64,000 bases of DNA from Octopus bimaculoides. Taxonomy: Eukaryota. The stretch spans positions 21,011,701 to 21,075,700 of the forward strand of contig NC_068988.1 of the NCBI RefSeq assembly GCF_001194135.2, in the 5' to 3' direction. Each line of letters begins with the position of its first letter. Positions within the stretch are counted from its first letter, which is position 1. This document shows, piece by piece, positions 37,913 through 50,227 of the stretch. The position numbers and the translations under genes are program-made. Under the pieces are notes generated by a model. The model had not been told where the DNA came from. It worked only from the letters and a program-made list of their open reading frames with translations, and searched no databases.

Positions 37913-38337
37913 ACCACCACCCACTTTTGAGGTGGTTATGATGAGTCAGCAGTAGTTTAGCTGTGATTGAACAGACCTTTGATTAAAGGTGTCCAAACTG
38001 TGATCATCCTACCTTTTTTTTTTTGCAGACACAATATATAAGGGCCACTTATCTCAACTTATTCTCTCTTTTTGGAGATGGTTGGGTAAGAAGATTTGAG
38101 GGAGATCTGATGCTGTTTCTAGCAGGTTCATCAATTAGGATAAGCTATGAGAACAATAGAGGCTATGTTCACTTCTATTATGTTTTGCTTTTAGTTATCT
38201 TTCTTGCTCTGAACACAGTTTCTTACATACACGCACATACATATGTGTGTGTATATGTATGCATGTGTAGCAACCCTCATGCAACATGTAAAGTTTTAGC
38301 CACTCGCTCTTTTTCACCGGCTTATTGGACCAAAGCG

Positions 38338-38700
38338 GGGGCTGGATTGAGACCCATCGAGGCCCTCAATACTTAAAAGATTTTGGTGCCCCCCATAAAA
38401 CGATTATGTAATTCAAAATATAAACAATAACAAACCATAAAATAAATTTGTATTTTTCAAAACGAAACGAAACAGTAAGAGGGTAAATAATGTTTATTTT
38501 TGTATACTTCCACTTTATTTATATTTGAAAAGCTTCCTCCTGCTTTTTCGAATTGCAAAGTCTTTGATCAAATCCTCAAAATTAATCTTAGGTAACACAT
38601 CTGCATCTATACTTAGTAGAGATAAAGGCATCCAGAATATTATTTTAGCAAGTTTAAAGTGATTTCTTTTGTGCCATAAACTATTTACCATTTCTGTGGT
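38338..38700 (-). mobile_element. hAT transposase C-terminal (dimerisation region) remnant with terminus
   Basis: Minus strand reads KLAKII...LSLLSIDADVLPKINFEDLIKDFAIRKSRRK (compare hAT KLKLIK...LALLSIE...DF..IIxxFAxxKARK); end gggctggattgagacc...ggccc. Confidence 0.7.
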
Positions 38701-39185
38701 GTCCTTTCCTTCTTTTGATGCCCTGAGCACGTACTTATTTTGCTTAATGGTTAATTCAGCACTGAACCAAAGGGCAGAGGGCAATACTGCTCCAGCTGTG
38801 TTTTAGTTATTTAAATGGAACCCAAACCTTCCCTTCCATCTCTTCATACAGAATTCAGTCAGAATAAGGAGTTTGTTGAATGGTCATTAAACATCTGCTT
38901 TCCATGTTTGCATGAGTCAGACAGAATTTGTTGTGTGATAGATTTTGTATGGTTAGATACCATTCTTGTCACCTACCCTCACTTGTTTCTAAGGAAGTTA
39001 ATACTTCCCCATGGCCAGATATGGTTTAACATCCATTTTCCATGTTGGCATGGGTTAGATGGCTTGACAGGGAATGGCAAGGCCAGAGGCCACATCAGGT
39101 TCCCTAGTCTGTTTTGGCTTATCTTCTATGGCTGGATGCCTTTCCTAATGCCACCACTTTACAGAGGGTCATATATATAAATATA

Positions 39186-39600
39186 GTCCAACCCATGCCA
39201 GCATAGAAAGTGGACATTAAATGATGATGATGATGGTCATCATCATCATCGTTTAACGTCCACTTTCTATGTTGGCATGGGTTGGACGATTTGACTGAGG
39301 ACTGGTGAAACCGGATGGCAACACCAGGCTCCAATCTGATTTGGCAGAGTTTCTACAGCTGGATGCCCTTCCTAATGCCAACCACTCCAAGAGTGTAGTG
39401 GGTGCTTTTATGTGCCACCGGCACGAAGGCCAGTCAGGTGGTACTGGCAACGGCCACGCTCAAAATGGTGTATTTTACGTGCCACCTGCACAAGAGCCAG
39501 TCCAGCGGCACTGGCACGATCTCGCTCAAATGCCTTTACACGTGCCAACAGCACAAGTGCCAGGAAGGTGACGTTGGGCACAGGTGCCATCACAATTTCG
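39186..39600 (-). mobile_element. Retroposon family B with an inverted copy of its own 3' tail
   Basis: Element 39238-39600; 39186-39235 is a 47/50 inverted copy of 39238-39287. Confidence 0.88.
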
Positions 39601-39984
39601 CTAAATGTTCTTATTTATTCACATTGTTTTGAATTAATCATGCATTATTTCATAGTTTTGAGATGTCAACAATGTGGTTGTGTAGTTTCGGAATGACACT
39701 AGGGTTTGTGTGAGAGGCTAGATCTGGCCAGTTTGAATATAAAACAGGTAGAATATTTTGGCTGGATATAACCTGCTTAAATGCTAAAGGATTAAGGCCA
39801 TCTGTTTCTAGGTGTGTAACTAGGGTTATATTTCTATGTTGGTTTGTGGGATATATATTTTTTTTTTACATCTAATTGTTTTGCTGAATGCATGAACTGC
39901 AGCGTCTATGTTGCTGTTGTAATGTTTCTGAATTTTGTAGAAAAGAACAAAGACTTTAAAAAAAAAAACCTTGATTCCACTTCT

Positions 39985-40052
39985 TAGTCTCACCTGTTCT
40001 ATAGTCTCACCTGTTCTATAGTCTCACCTGTTCTATAGTCTCACCTGTTCTA
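39985..40052. repeat. 17-bp tandem repeat x4
   Basis: tagtctcacctgttcta at 39985, 40002, 40019 and 40036. Confidence 0.95.
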
Positions 40053-41143
40053 TTGAACTTTTTTAAGTTTATAAAAATGCTTTTTTTTGTGTTTTCTTCA
40101 TTGATGTGCAAGTGTGTTGTTATGATAATTGGTTGGTGTTTTGAGGAATGATGAGCACTTGTTTACCAAGTGTTTGTTGTAACTAGGTGTGTCGGAACAA
40201 CAAAGAAATGTCTGGAAAAGAGTTGTAGTTGGCTTGGTGAGGTGCGCGCATGTGTGTGTGTGTGTGTGTTGGTGTGGCTTGCTTAGAGGATTTTAAGGAG
40301 GTCAATGGGATAGTCTAAAATATGAAGGCAATGCATCAGCATGGTTGCAGTCCAATAACTGAAACTAATAACAGTACATATATACATAGATGCAGATGTA
40401 TAGAGAGACATTACACTCGCAATGTGCACACATGCATGCATTCATACACACACGGGCATGCACACACACACACACACACAAAAATGCATGCAGGCATATA
40501 CGTAGATGTTGATGTACAGACAGATCTTGTTTTGATGATGCAGTTTTAGGAACAATCAATGTTGTTTATTCAATAAAACAAAAGATGGCATCTATAAGAA
40601 GATATGAATAAATCGTTTGAGTGAGATAGAATCAATAACACTAGAAGTAACATAGGAAACAATCTTGTTTTCGTATGCTGGCACAAAGCCACAAATTTTT
40701 AGGTGTAGTCAATGAAGCTGACTTGGTATGTGACTGGTACTTATTTCAAGAGTAAAAAGCAAAATTAACTTTGGCAGGGTTTGAACTTGTAAACATTAAC
40801 AACCTTAACTAAATACTGAAAAGTATTTTTCTATCTCATTTCTGTGGTTTAGTTACAAGAGTAAGGGCAGTGCCCATGGCCCTGTTTATTTATTTTTTTT
40901 TTTTTGTACAGCCTCTGAGATATGTTGGGGTAAATTTAGGAAGGAAACATAACTCATGATTTGCTATTTGTTAGGGTGCAGGAAGAAAGTGCACATCACA
41001 GTATTGAGTTATCCCCAGACTTAAGATTTGGTCTAAATACTAGTAACAAAATGGACTCCACCAGGGATGTTTAATGGCCATATGGTGGTATTCATCTAGT
41101 TGATAGAACCGGTACAGTCTATCTGAATGAATGGACTTCAGTA

Positions 41144-41368
41144 TATGAGGGGGTGCTGAAAAGTTCCTGGCTCTGAGTAAAAGAAAATAGAGGAGGATCA
41201 ATCAATTAATCGCGATTTTATTCAACATGTTCCCCTCTCAGATTCACACACATATTGCAGTGTTCCTGTAGTTTTTCTAAGCCCTGTAAAAGAACTTGGA
41301 AGGTTGGGCTTCCAACCAAGCCTTTTGTGATACCCTTAAAGCCAGGAACTTTTTGGCACCCCCTCATA
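41144..41368. mobile_element. Complete mariner-derived MITE, TA-flanked
   Basis: TIRs tatgagggggtgctgaaaagttcctggct / agccaggaactttttggcaccccctcata. Confidence 0.92.
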
Positions 41369-42069
41369 GTTTCTATCTCCTTTTGAATACTTACTCATCC
41401 ACTAAATTCTTCAATGAATTCACTGCTAATCCTAAACTTACTTGCAATATCTTCATTCATTAGTTGTTTAGCTGTTACAAATCATTCATCTGCACTTAGT
41501 TTTCTTGATACCTGCTCGACAAAGGGCAGTGAGATCCCATTAAAGATCTTCTCCAGATTCACAAATGCTGAGTAGAATTTTTTTTTTACTTAAGAACTTC
41601 CCTTGCTCTTGTCCCATAAGAAATATTACATCAGTGGTTTAAGATTTTGTGCAAACTGAAACCTATCCCTCCAAGTTAACTCTGTTTTGTACTAACCATG
41701 CTAAACTTTCTTGTCTTCTTTCAAAACTTGATTCGTCATAAACCAACAAGAAAACCCCTAATTGGTCATTCTACCTACAAGAAATAGCCAAATAACACCT
41801 TACTGTCTTTAAAAGGGAAAGACATATTGGATAATGTTGACCTGGACACTTCTAAAAAAAAAGTCAGGATGCTCAAAGTTACTACACCTTTGATCATAGA
41901 TCTATTGAGACAGAACTGACCTAGGGCTAAACACCAAAAACAGCATTATAGCTTTTCATTATAAAGCCCTATAAATACCTTTCTTCAGTGACGCCTTTTA
42001 CTCTTGGTGAAACTTATCTGTAAGTCATTAGAGATAACAATTTATATTAGCTAATTAATTAAATGGCTC

Positions 42070-42480
42070 TTCCTTATTCATTTTGAGGGCAATTTTCATT
42101 AATGCTAATTTTGCTTACATTATTTTTGGTTAGCACATCAAGTATGGTAACCTGTACTTGTATGGTCTTCATGCAGAAAGCACTCTTGGGAAAATTTTCA
42201 GAGCTAATATCTATATAATCGGACACTTCAAACATCTCAGCAACTAAGTCTGATAGACTTGCAGCTTTCCCTAACTTCATCTCCTTGACTACCGTACTAT
42301 TCTTATTGAAGCTAAACTTAATAGCTATCAGTTCCACTCAAGGTTGATTCCTCATTATTGCATTAATACTTGTTCTTAGTAACACATCTGTGTCTTTCTT
42401 TGCACTGTTATTGAGAGCAAATGTGCTTGTGTTGTTCTGGACAAATATCTCATGAGGCAGTACAAACTTGAACACTTCCT
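42070..42480 (-). mobile_element. RTE LINE ORF remnant
   Basis: VVKEMKLGKAASLSDLVAEMF (compare AIKxMKxGKAAGPSGIVAEML). Confidence 0.6.
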
Positions 42481-42723
42481 GCCTTTAGTACTCACAGAAT
42501 AATATATAACATGGGTTTCCAGTTTCACTGATGAGTACTCCAGTAGTGATCAACTTAATTGTCCATTTATTGAATTATGGTATTTAGTGGTTGCAAGGGA
42601 ATTGAAAAGAAGACACATTAAATACTAACTGTAGACTCTACCTGGAGATTTTGAGTTTCTGCAATCTAAAAATTGTTTGTAACTTTTCTGTTACAATTTT
42701 TGTTTTTTTTATATAATTTCATA

Positions 42724-42948
42724 GCTGAGCGTGGCCGTTGCCAGTACCGCCTGACTAGCCTTCGTACCAGTGGCACATAAAAGCACCCACTACACTCTCG
42801 GAGTGGTTGGCATTAGGAAGGGCATGCAGCTGTAGAAACTCTGCCAAATCAGATTGGAGCCTGGTGTAGCTATCTGGTTCACCAGTCCTCAGTCAAACCG
42901 TTCAACCCATGCAAGCATGGAAAGCAGACGTTAAACGATGATGATGAT
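42724..42948 (+). mobile_element. Retroposon family B 3' part
   Basis: Family B consensus with gatgatgatgat tail. Confidence 0.85.
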
Positions 42949-43319
42949 TTGCCTTTTATAGAATACATTTTGGACAGTGTTGTCCTAGATATACAGAAAG
43001 ATGAGACAGGTGTAAATGATTTTCATTGGTGCTTTATTCTGCTACTTACTAACTTACAAGCCAGAGAAGTACACCAAGCTTTACTGTCATCTTTGGCATA
43101 GTTTCTAGATATGCCTTCCTAATGCCAACCTAGACATCCTTTCTAATGCCAACCACTTTACAGAGTGTACCAGTGCTTTTTCATAGCACTGGCACTAGTG
43201 AGGTCACTAACTACTTACAAGACAAGACTCCTCTCCATCCTCAGCTAAATAGGTTTTGAAGGAGGTGGAAGTGTGAAAGAGGGAACAGGTGTCTTGGTAA
43301 ATGAAATACATAGCTACGA

Positions 43320-43550
43320 AGGCTGTGAGCTGGCAGAAACGTTAGTACTCCGGGCAAAATGCTTAACGGTATTTCGTCTGCCGTTAGGTTCTGAGTTCAA
43401 ATTCTGCCAAGGTCGACTTTGCCTTTCATCCTTTCGGGGTCGATAAATTAAGTACCAGTTATGCATTGGGGTTGATGTAATCAATGTAATCCCTTTGTCT
43501 GTCCTTGTTTGTCCCCTCTGTGTTTAGCCCCTTGTGGGCAACAAAGAAAT
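43320..43550 (+). mobile_element. SINE family C
   Basis: gagctggcagaaacgttag...gagttcaaattctgcc...cctttcggggtcgataaattaagtaccag. Confidence 0.85.
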
Positions 43551-46294
43551 AAGGAAATACAAAGCTACCCCAGCTGGAAAGAGAAAGATAGAACCTGTGG
43601 AGGAGGGAGACCCAGAAAGGGCAAGAGGAAGTAGTGAAGACTAGCCTCAGAATGTTAAGATTCATGAAGGAGATGACAAAGGACTAAGAGAATTGGCAAG
43701 TTTGCTGTGCTTGAGAACACTTATCCATCTCGCCAAAACATGAGGTCCTAAAAGCATATTATTTATGTCTGTGCCCTCTGCACCCAATTTACCCCTACTA
43801 AGTCTTCCCCACCATTCATCTTCCTAACACCCATCCCTCTATTACTCCTCTAATTATGGCACTGTTACTCAACTGCTGTAATTATAAGAAAACAGAACTG
43901 CACTTTTTGACCCCCTCCTCCTTTTGTACTACCATTTATCCCACTCCTTGGACTCACTTTCTTTTGTGACCCATCCCACATTCTCAATATCATCTCTTAT
44001 CTCCTTCATTTTCCCTTGAACACCCTCTCATATCTGCCATCAATGTCCCATCCCACCTTTTTTTTTTTTTTGTCACTCACTATATCCATCCCAGAGACGG
44101 CTGTCCCTGTCACTGTACCTCCCTCTCTCACCACCCTCACTAACAAATCTCTAGTCTATCTGGTGTTTATTATACTGCTGTTCTCCACACCATTTTATGT
44201 ATTGCTCCTCATGATTCCATCACAGTTGATCTTACCATTTGGTTTCACACAAGGAATACAATGGAGTGTTAGGTAACAATCCGATTATATAACCTTATTC
44301 TCATCAGAGTTAGCCGATATGCAAGGGAATATGGCAACTGCTCTCTATTGTTGGAGGTGGATTAACATAACCAGTCAGCAGCTGCTATATATTCAGGAAG
44401 GGCATCTTGCTATAAATAATCCTCCTCAGCAAATTCCATTTGATCCATTCAAGCAAAGAAATGGCCAGAAAATGGTGGTGTTGGCAGCGGTGCATATGTG
44501 TGCATGCATACACATATATATGCTTATATGCTTACACAAAGGCCTCCTACATAAATAAGTGAACTGCATTTTACTGTTATATAATCAAGTGAACACAACT
44601 AGTGAAAGTTAATGTCAGGAACACAGTTAGCATACTTGTAAAGATGTAGACACCAGGAGTTTGAGTCATTTGTAGGTTAGCATTTGAACAACTCAGCCAA
44701 TCGTGACCCCGCTCCCTGTTCTAATACATAGTATTTGGGCTGGAATGTTTTGTGGGTGTGACAAAGCTGATATGGACAGTATTAAGTTGTAAAAGTGATA
44801 TGGACTTTTAGATAAGAGATCGGACTGGTTGTGGAGGCATTTCTTTGTGTATCAGAGCAGAAAATTTTTATTTTGCTTTGCCTCAGTCCACCTATTTCTT
44901 AGTAATAGTTGCCACATTGTCTGAGAATGTTAGTTATAAAGATTAGTGTTTTACCTGTGGGAGGATTATCTCTCATCCAATATCACGATTCCTTAGTTAA
45001 GCACTAGCTCTTAAAATTCACCTGCAGCTTAGCAGAGAGTATAATGTATATGTGTGTAGGATGCAGATTCAATTCCCACTCAGCTCATTCAATTACTTAA
45101 TGAATAATTAAATTATTCTGCAATGCCACCTGCATGGTAATTAATAGATAAGTAGGTGAAAGTGTTTCTAATGCATTAAATAGCTAAAGCAACAGTGAAA
45201 TATCTAAAGTGGGCTGAGATTCATAAACGTGTTTCATTCTCAGAACTTCTTCAGCAAAATGCAAACTTGTAATTTGCCGAAGCATTAGCAATTAAACCAC
45301 TAAGCAAACATTCAGAAACGTATATTTATTGGTTGAATTAGAGAATGTTTGAAAAATTAATGACTATTGAGAGACTAGAGACTATATCCTGCTGTAACTT
45401 GGTGGTGTGTATGTATATTGCTGTAGTTTTTGATGGGAATATCAAACTAATAGCTTTCTGACAAGTTCAGACTTAAACTGCGGAGGTGCAAAGTATTGGT
45501 GTTACTGATGTTAAGCCCCCTCATTGATCAGTCCTCATTAGGCAGGCCTATGATCAAAATCATTCCTGCTGCTCGTATACACAGACATCTCAAAAGTAGA
45601 CACCTCTCATTATATCCTTCTGTCTGGGCAGACACTACTTATTAGTACATTGTCCAAACAGGTTGAGTCATTGGAATCTGCTCGAGGCAGGCCAACTAAA
45701 TACTAGATTAAGTATTTAAATGCATCAGATGACACTATTTTGTTTCTAGAAATAAATCATTGAAAAGTGATGGTGTCTATTTAACTTTTCCAATATCTAT
45801 GTATACACAAGACTACATTCTCCAATGTATTTTCTGTTTTGTGGGTTTTAAAAAAATCATTAGGATATGTGATTTGCTATTTCTAGCATAAGTGACTACA
45901 TAAAGGTATTTTAGTCTAAGGTTGTTTCACGTGCATATATCTATTTAATTCTAGCCTGGCTACCTTTCACACAAATAAGTAAATGGTATGTTTGCCAATT
46001 TCTTATGTTGGAATAGCATTTGTTGGCTTAGCTCAGAAATGTCCAGGGTATTCATTACTAAAGAGACTATGTTGAGTCAAAAAACACTACATCTGGTGAT
46101 CCAATGACTTTCTGAACAAGGCCCATACATATAATTTTCACAAATACATTTCCAGGCTGGCATGGGTTAGATGAGGCATTTTAATGAAGTATTTTATAGC
46201 TGGATGCCTTTTCTAATGCAAACCTTTTAGTCACTTCTTACAACTTTCAGGGATTTAATGTTCTTATTCTAAAATTCAGAATACACATAGTGTG

Positions 46295-46668
46295 TATATA
46301 CTCTTTTACTTGTTTCAGTCATTTGACTGTGGCCATGCTGGAGCACTGCCTTTAGTCGAGCAAATCGACCCCAGGACTTATTCTTTGTAAGCCTAGTACT
46401 TATTCTATCGGTCTCTTTTGCCGAACCGCTAAGTTACGGGGACGTAAACACACCAGCATCGGTTGTCAAGCGATGTTGGCGGGGACAAACACAGACACAC
46501 AAACATATACACACACATACATATACATACATATATACATATATATACAAAGAGGTTCTTTAAGTTTCCGTCTACCAAATCCACTCACAAGGCTTTGGTC
46601 AGCCTGAGGCTTATAATAGAAGACACTTGCCCAAGGTGCCACGCAGTGGGACTGAACCCGAAACCATA
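46295..46668 (-). mobile_element. SINE family A, 5'-truncated
   Basis: Family A match ending cccgaaaccat. Confidence 0.9.
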
Positions 46669-46770
46669 TGCATATATTTTAATGTTTGCTTTTATATTCA
46701 ATTATAATAGAAACAATTTAACATTAATCCGACGGGTTACTCTATACTTTTGTGGAGCACAAATTTATGA

Positions 46771-46888
46771 TTCTTAAACAAGAATATTAACAGTAGCCTT
46801 GAAGTTTCAGCCATGTAGGCTATTGTTTGACAGTAGCCCAACTGGCTGAAACCTCAAGGTCACTGTCAATAGTATTCTTGTTCAAGAA
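46771..46888. repeat. Imperfect hairpin with about 52-bp arms (probably a MITE core)
   Basis: ttcttaaacaagaatattaacagtagccttgaagtttcagcca... pairs with ...tggctgaaacctcaaggtcactgtcaatagtattcttgttcaagaa. Confidence 0.8.
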
Positions 46889-49124
46889 TAATAAATATAC
46901 GTATTTTTCCCACAGCATAGTACTTTGGGCAGGTCTTTTCCATTATAGTCTATAGCTGACATGCTCACTCCTTTGGTTATCTGCAAAAAAAAAAAATGCA
47001 CATTAAGATTGCATAACAGGCCAATCAGCTTACAGATAAGTGACATTTAGCTCGCAGAGAAAGTGCATATGTTGTATAAAACTAAAAATAACGGTGATCC
47101 TTCGATACTAACTTATTTGTAACAACCTTTTCTATTGTGAGCCATCAATGCTGTCACTTGACCTCAAAGAAACGGGAATGAAATGTTCCCCAAAGCACAT
47201 CTTACTATCTCAAATAACAAAGGATGCATTGAATAAGGCAACTTAGATATTCTATGTCTAAAAAAGAAAACAAGATGAAATATCTTAGACTGGAAGCCCT
47301 TTAATTATCATCATCATTTAACATCCATGTTCCATGGTGGCATAGGTTTGACAGGATCAGGTGGGTCCAAGGACTGCATTGTGCCTCAGTGTCTGCTTTG
47401 GCATGGTTTCTATGACTGGATGCCCTTCTTAACCACTTTACAGTATACTCTGGGTACTTTTTTTTTGTGCTCCCAGCACTATTGTAGTCACCAGGCAGCT
47501 TACAAGACTATAAATTCTGGGGCGGGATGAGAGCAGGGACAGCTTTATGCAAGGAGATGAGCTTATGAATAGTGCTATATTTGGTTCACCTGCACTCTCT
47601 TTCTAAAGACTTGAAACTGTTCTATGTTGTCTTTCAATGTCAGGTGCTATTACTGTTCATCTACAATTAGCTCAACATGCAGCTATTAATAGTTATTGTG
47701 TACTTGATTGAATGGTCTACATAAGTTGCCAAAACAAATATAAACTGGCTATTATCTTGTTTACAGTGGTGTTTATGCATTCTGCATGCACAAGTGCACA
47801 CTGCAGCTGTTGATTACTGGTCTTATTTAATAAATGATTTGTTACACACAGATGCTGCTTTGTAGCTCATTCACTTATGCCTGTTGTTGCAAAAGTACTT
47901 TGTTAATAAATTACACGGCTAACGAAAGCTCTTTAGGTTTTAGTGTTCGGTTCTCCTTTTCTGATACTAAGCAGATAATTTAAGTAATAAAGTTGCCTAC
48001 TTTGTTGATCTAGGCCCCCCGTCCTCCTTCCCATGACCATTACTGTTATCATATTCATTACCAGTTGCTAATGGTTACTCCACCTACTGGCCACATCCAT
48101 TCTTTATCTTCTCACACTGTCGCTTGTCATATACATTAACTTTTAATGCAGTGATATTCAGTTACTGTACATTTCCTTCAACAAGGCCAAACATACTAAT
48201 TTGTCTTAAAAGGTTTTGTATTGGTGGCCGGTTTCGCCTGGCCTGAGAGGTTTCAAATACATCGTTAATTGATATTGATGATTTTCTGTACAATTTTTTT
48301 TTCTACCTGATAAGTCCATCTTGCTTTAAAGAAGTGTTCTTTTATTTGTTCTATTTATTTATTTACTATTTATGGCTTGTTTTTTTTTTGCTGTGTTACT
48401 GAGGTAAAAAAAAAGAAAGAAAAAATTAAAAGTGTAAGCAAGGCATTCACCTAAAGGAAGTTTTGGGTCATTTGCTAAAATAAAATGAATTTATTGCATT
48501 TTCATTTTCATTAGTTATTGAACAAGGGGCAATGTCTTAGGCTTCATAGAGTTCTCTTGATCAGGATTGATCACAACTTTTTAATCATAATTTACTTCTA
48601 TATAATTACTATGTGTCATGAAGATGTGGGTGGTAGCAACTTTCACAGGGATGTAATTATGCAGAAGGATTGCNNNNNNNNNNNNNNNNNNNNNNNNNNN
48701 NNNNNNNNNNNNNNNNNNNNNNNNNNNNNNNNNNNNNNNNNNNNNNNNNNNNNNNNNNNNNNNNNNNNNNNNNNNNNNNNNNNNNNNNNNNNNNNNNNNN
48801 NNNNNNNNNNNNNNNNNNNNNNNNNNNNNNNNNNNNNNNNNNNNNNNNNNNNNNNNNNNNNNNNNNNNNNNNNNNNNNNNNNNNNNNNNNNNNNNNNNNN
48901 NNNNNNNNNNNNNNNNNNNNNNNNNNNNNNNNNNNNNNNNNNNNNNNNNNNNNNNNNNNNNNNNNNNNNNNNNNNNNNNNNNNNNNNNNNNNNNNNNNNN
49001 NNNNNNNNNNNNNNNNNNNNNNNNNNNNNNNNNNNNNNNNNNNNNNNNNNNNNNNNNNNNNNNNNNNNNNNNNNNNNNNNNNNNNNNNNNNNNNNNNNNN
49101 NNNNNNNNNNNNNNGTGGCACATA

Positions 49125-49378
49125 AAATACACCATTTTGAGCGTGGTCGTTGCCAGTACCGCCTGACTGGCCTTCGTGCGGGTGACACGTAAAAGCACCT
49201 ACTACACTCTCGGAGTGGTTGGCGTTAGGAAGGGCATCCAGCTGTAGAAACTCTGCCAAATCAGATTGGAACCTGGTGTAGCCTTCGGGCTCCACCAGTC
49301 CCCAGTCAAATCGTCCAACCCATGCTAGCATGGAAAGCGGACGTTAAACGATGATGATGATGATGATGATGATGATGA
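49125..49378 (+). mobile_element. Retroposon family B, inserted in the left long TIR region of a mariner
   Basis: Family B consensus with (gat)n tail directly abutting the mariner sub-terminal sequence. Confidence 0.85.
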
Positions 49379-49379
49379 A

Positions 49380-50227
49380 AACTAGTGACTCCACCCTTCC
49401 TGTGCATGCATGAAAATTTTCATGCCAGTATGCCGCGTCAGTTCCTAGTTGTTACACCTAGAGTACAAATGTGCAGTGTGCACTTGCTGGATTTTTGCTT
49501 CCACTGAACGCATTGAGCAGAGATATTGCACCAAGTTTTGCCAAAGGCTTGGTGATACTCAAACTCAAACCATCCAGAAGATTCAGCAGGCCTTTGGCAA
49601 AGATGCCATGAGCAAAACTCAGATGAAGGAGTAGTATAACCACTTCAAACATAGCTGTATCTCAGCGGAGAGTGAGGGACACTCAAGCTGGCCATCCACA
49701 AGCCGAAATAAGGAACTGATTGAGAAGGCCTGGCAAATATTCATAGATGACTGTTGTGTAACAACCCATGGAAATTGCTCATGAAGTGGGAACAAGCACA
49801 GGATCGGTGCATTCCGTTTTAGCAGAGGAATTGTGCATGTAGGGAATGTTGGCGAAATTTGCCCCTAAGGTGCTGGCAGAACAGCAAAGGCATTTCCACA
49901 TGGAAATCATTCAGGACATCCTGGACTGTGCAAACCACAACCCAGACTTCATGAAGACTATCATCACTGGTGATGAGACATGGGTTCATGGTCGCTGCTC
50001 AATGCATTTGGTCATCTTGTGTGAAAACAAAAATCCAACGAGTGCATACTACATACACATCTGTACTCGAGACATAACAGTTGGGAACTGATGCAGCCTA
50101 CCAGTGTGAAAATGCTCATGCCTGTGCAGGAAGGGTGACATCACTTCCCACCCAAAAGATTTCGCCTATGTGGCATTACTTTTAATGGAGAAAAATTAAG
50201 TCAGATACTTTTCGAATGCACCTCATA
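49380..50227 (+). mobile_element. Internally deleted mariner with long inverted termini
   Basis: IEQRYCTKFCQRLG, KIQQAFGKDAMSKTQ, MKTIITGDETWV; 49385-49425 is inverted at about 50100-50146; right end ttttcgaatgcacctcata. Confidence 0.85.
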
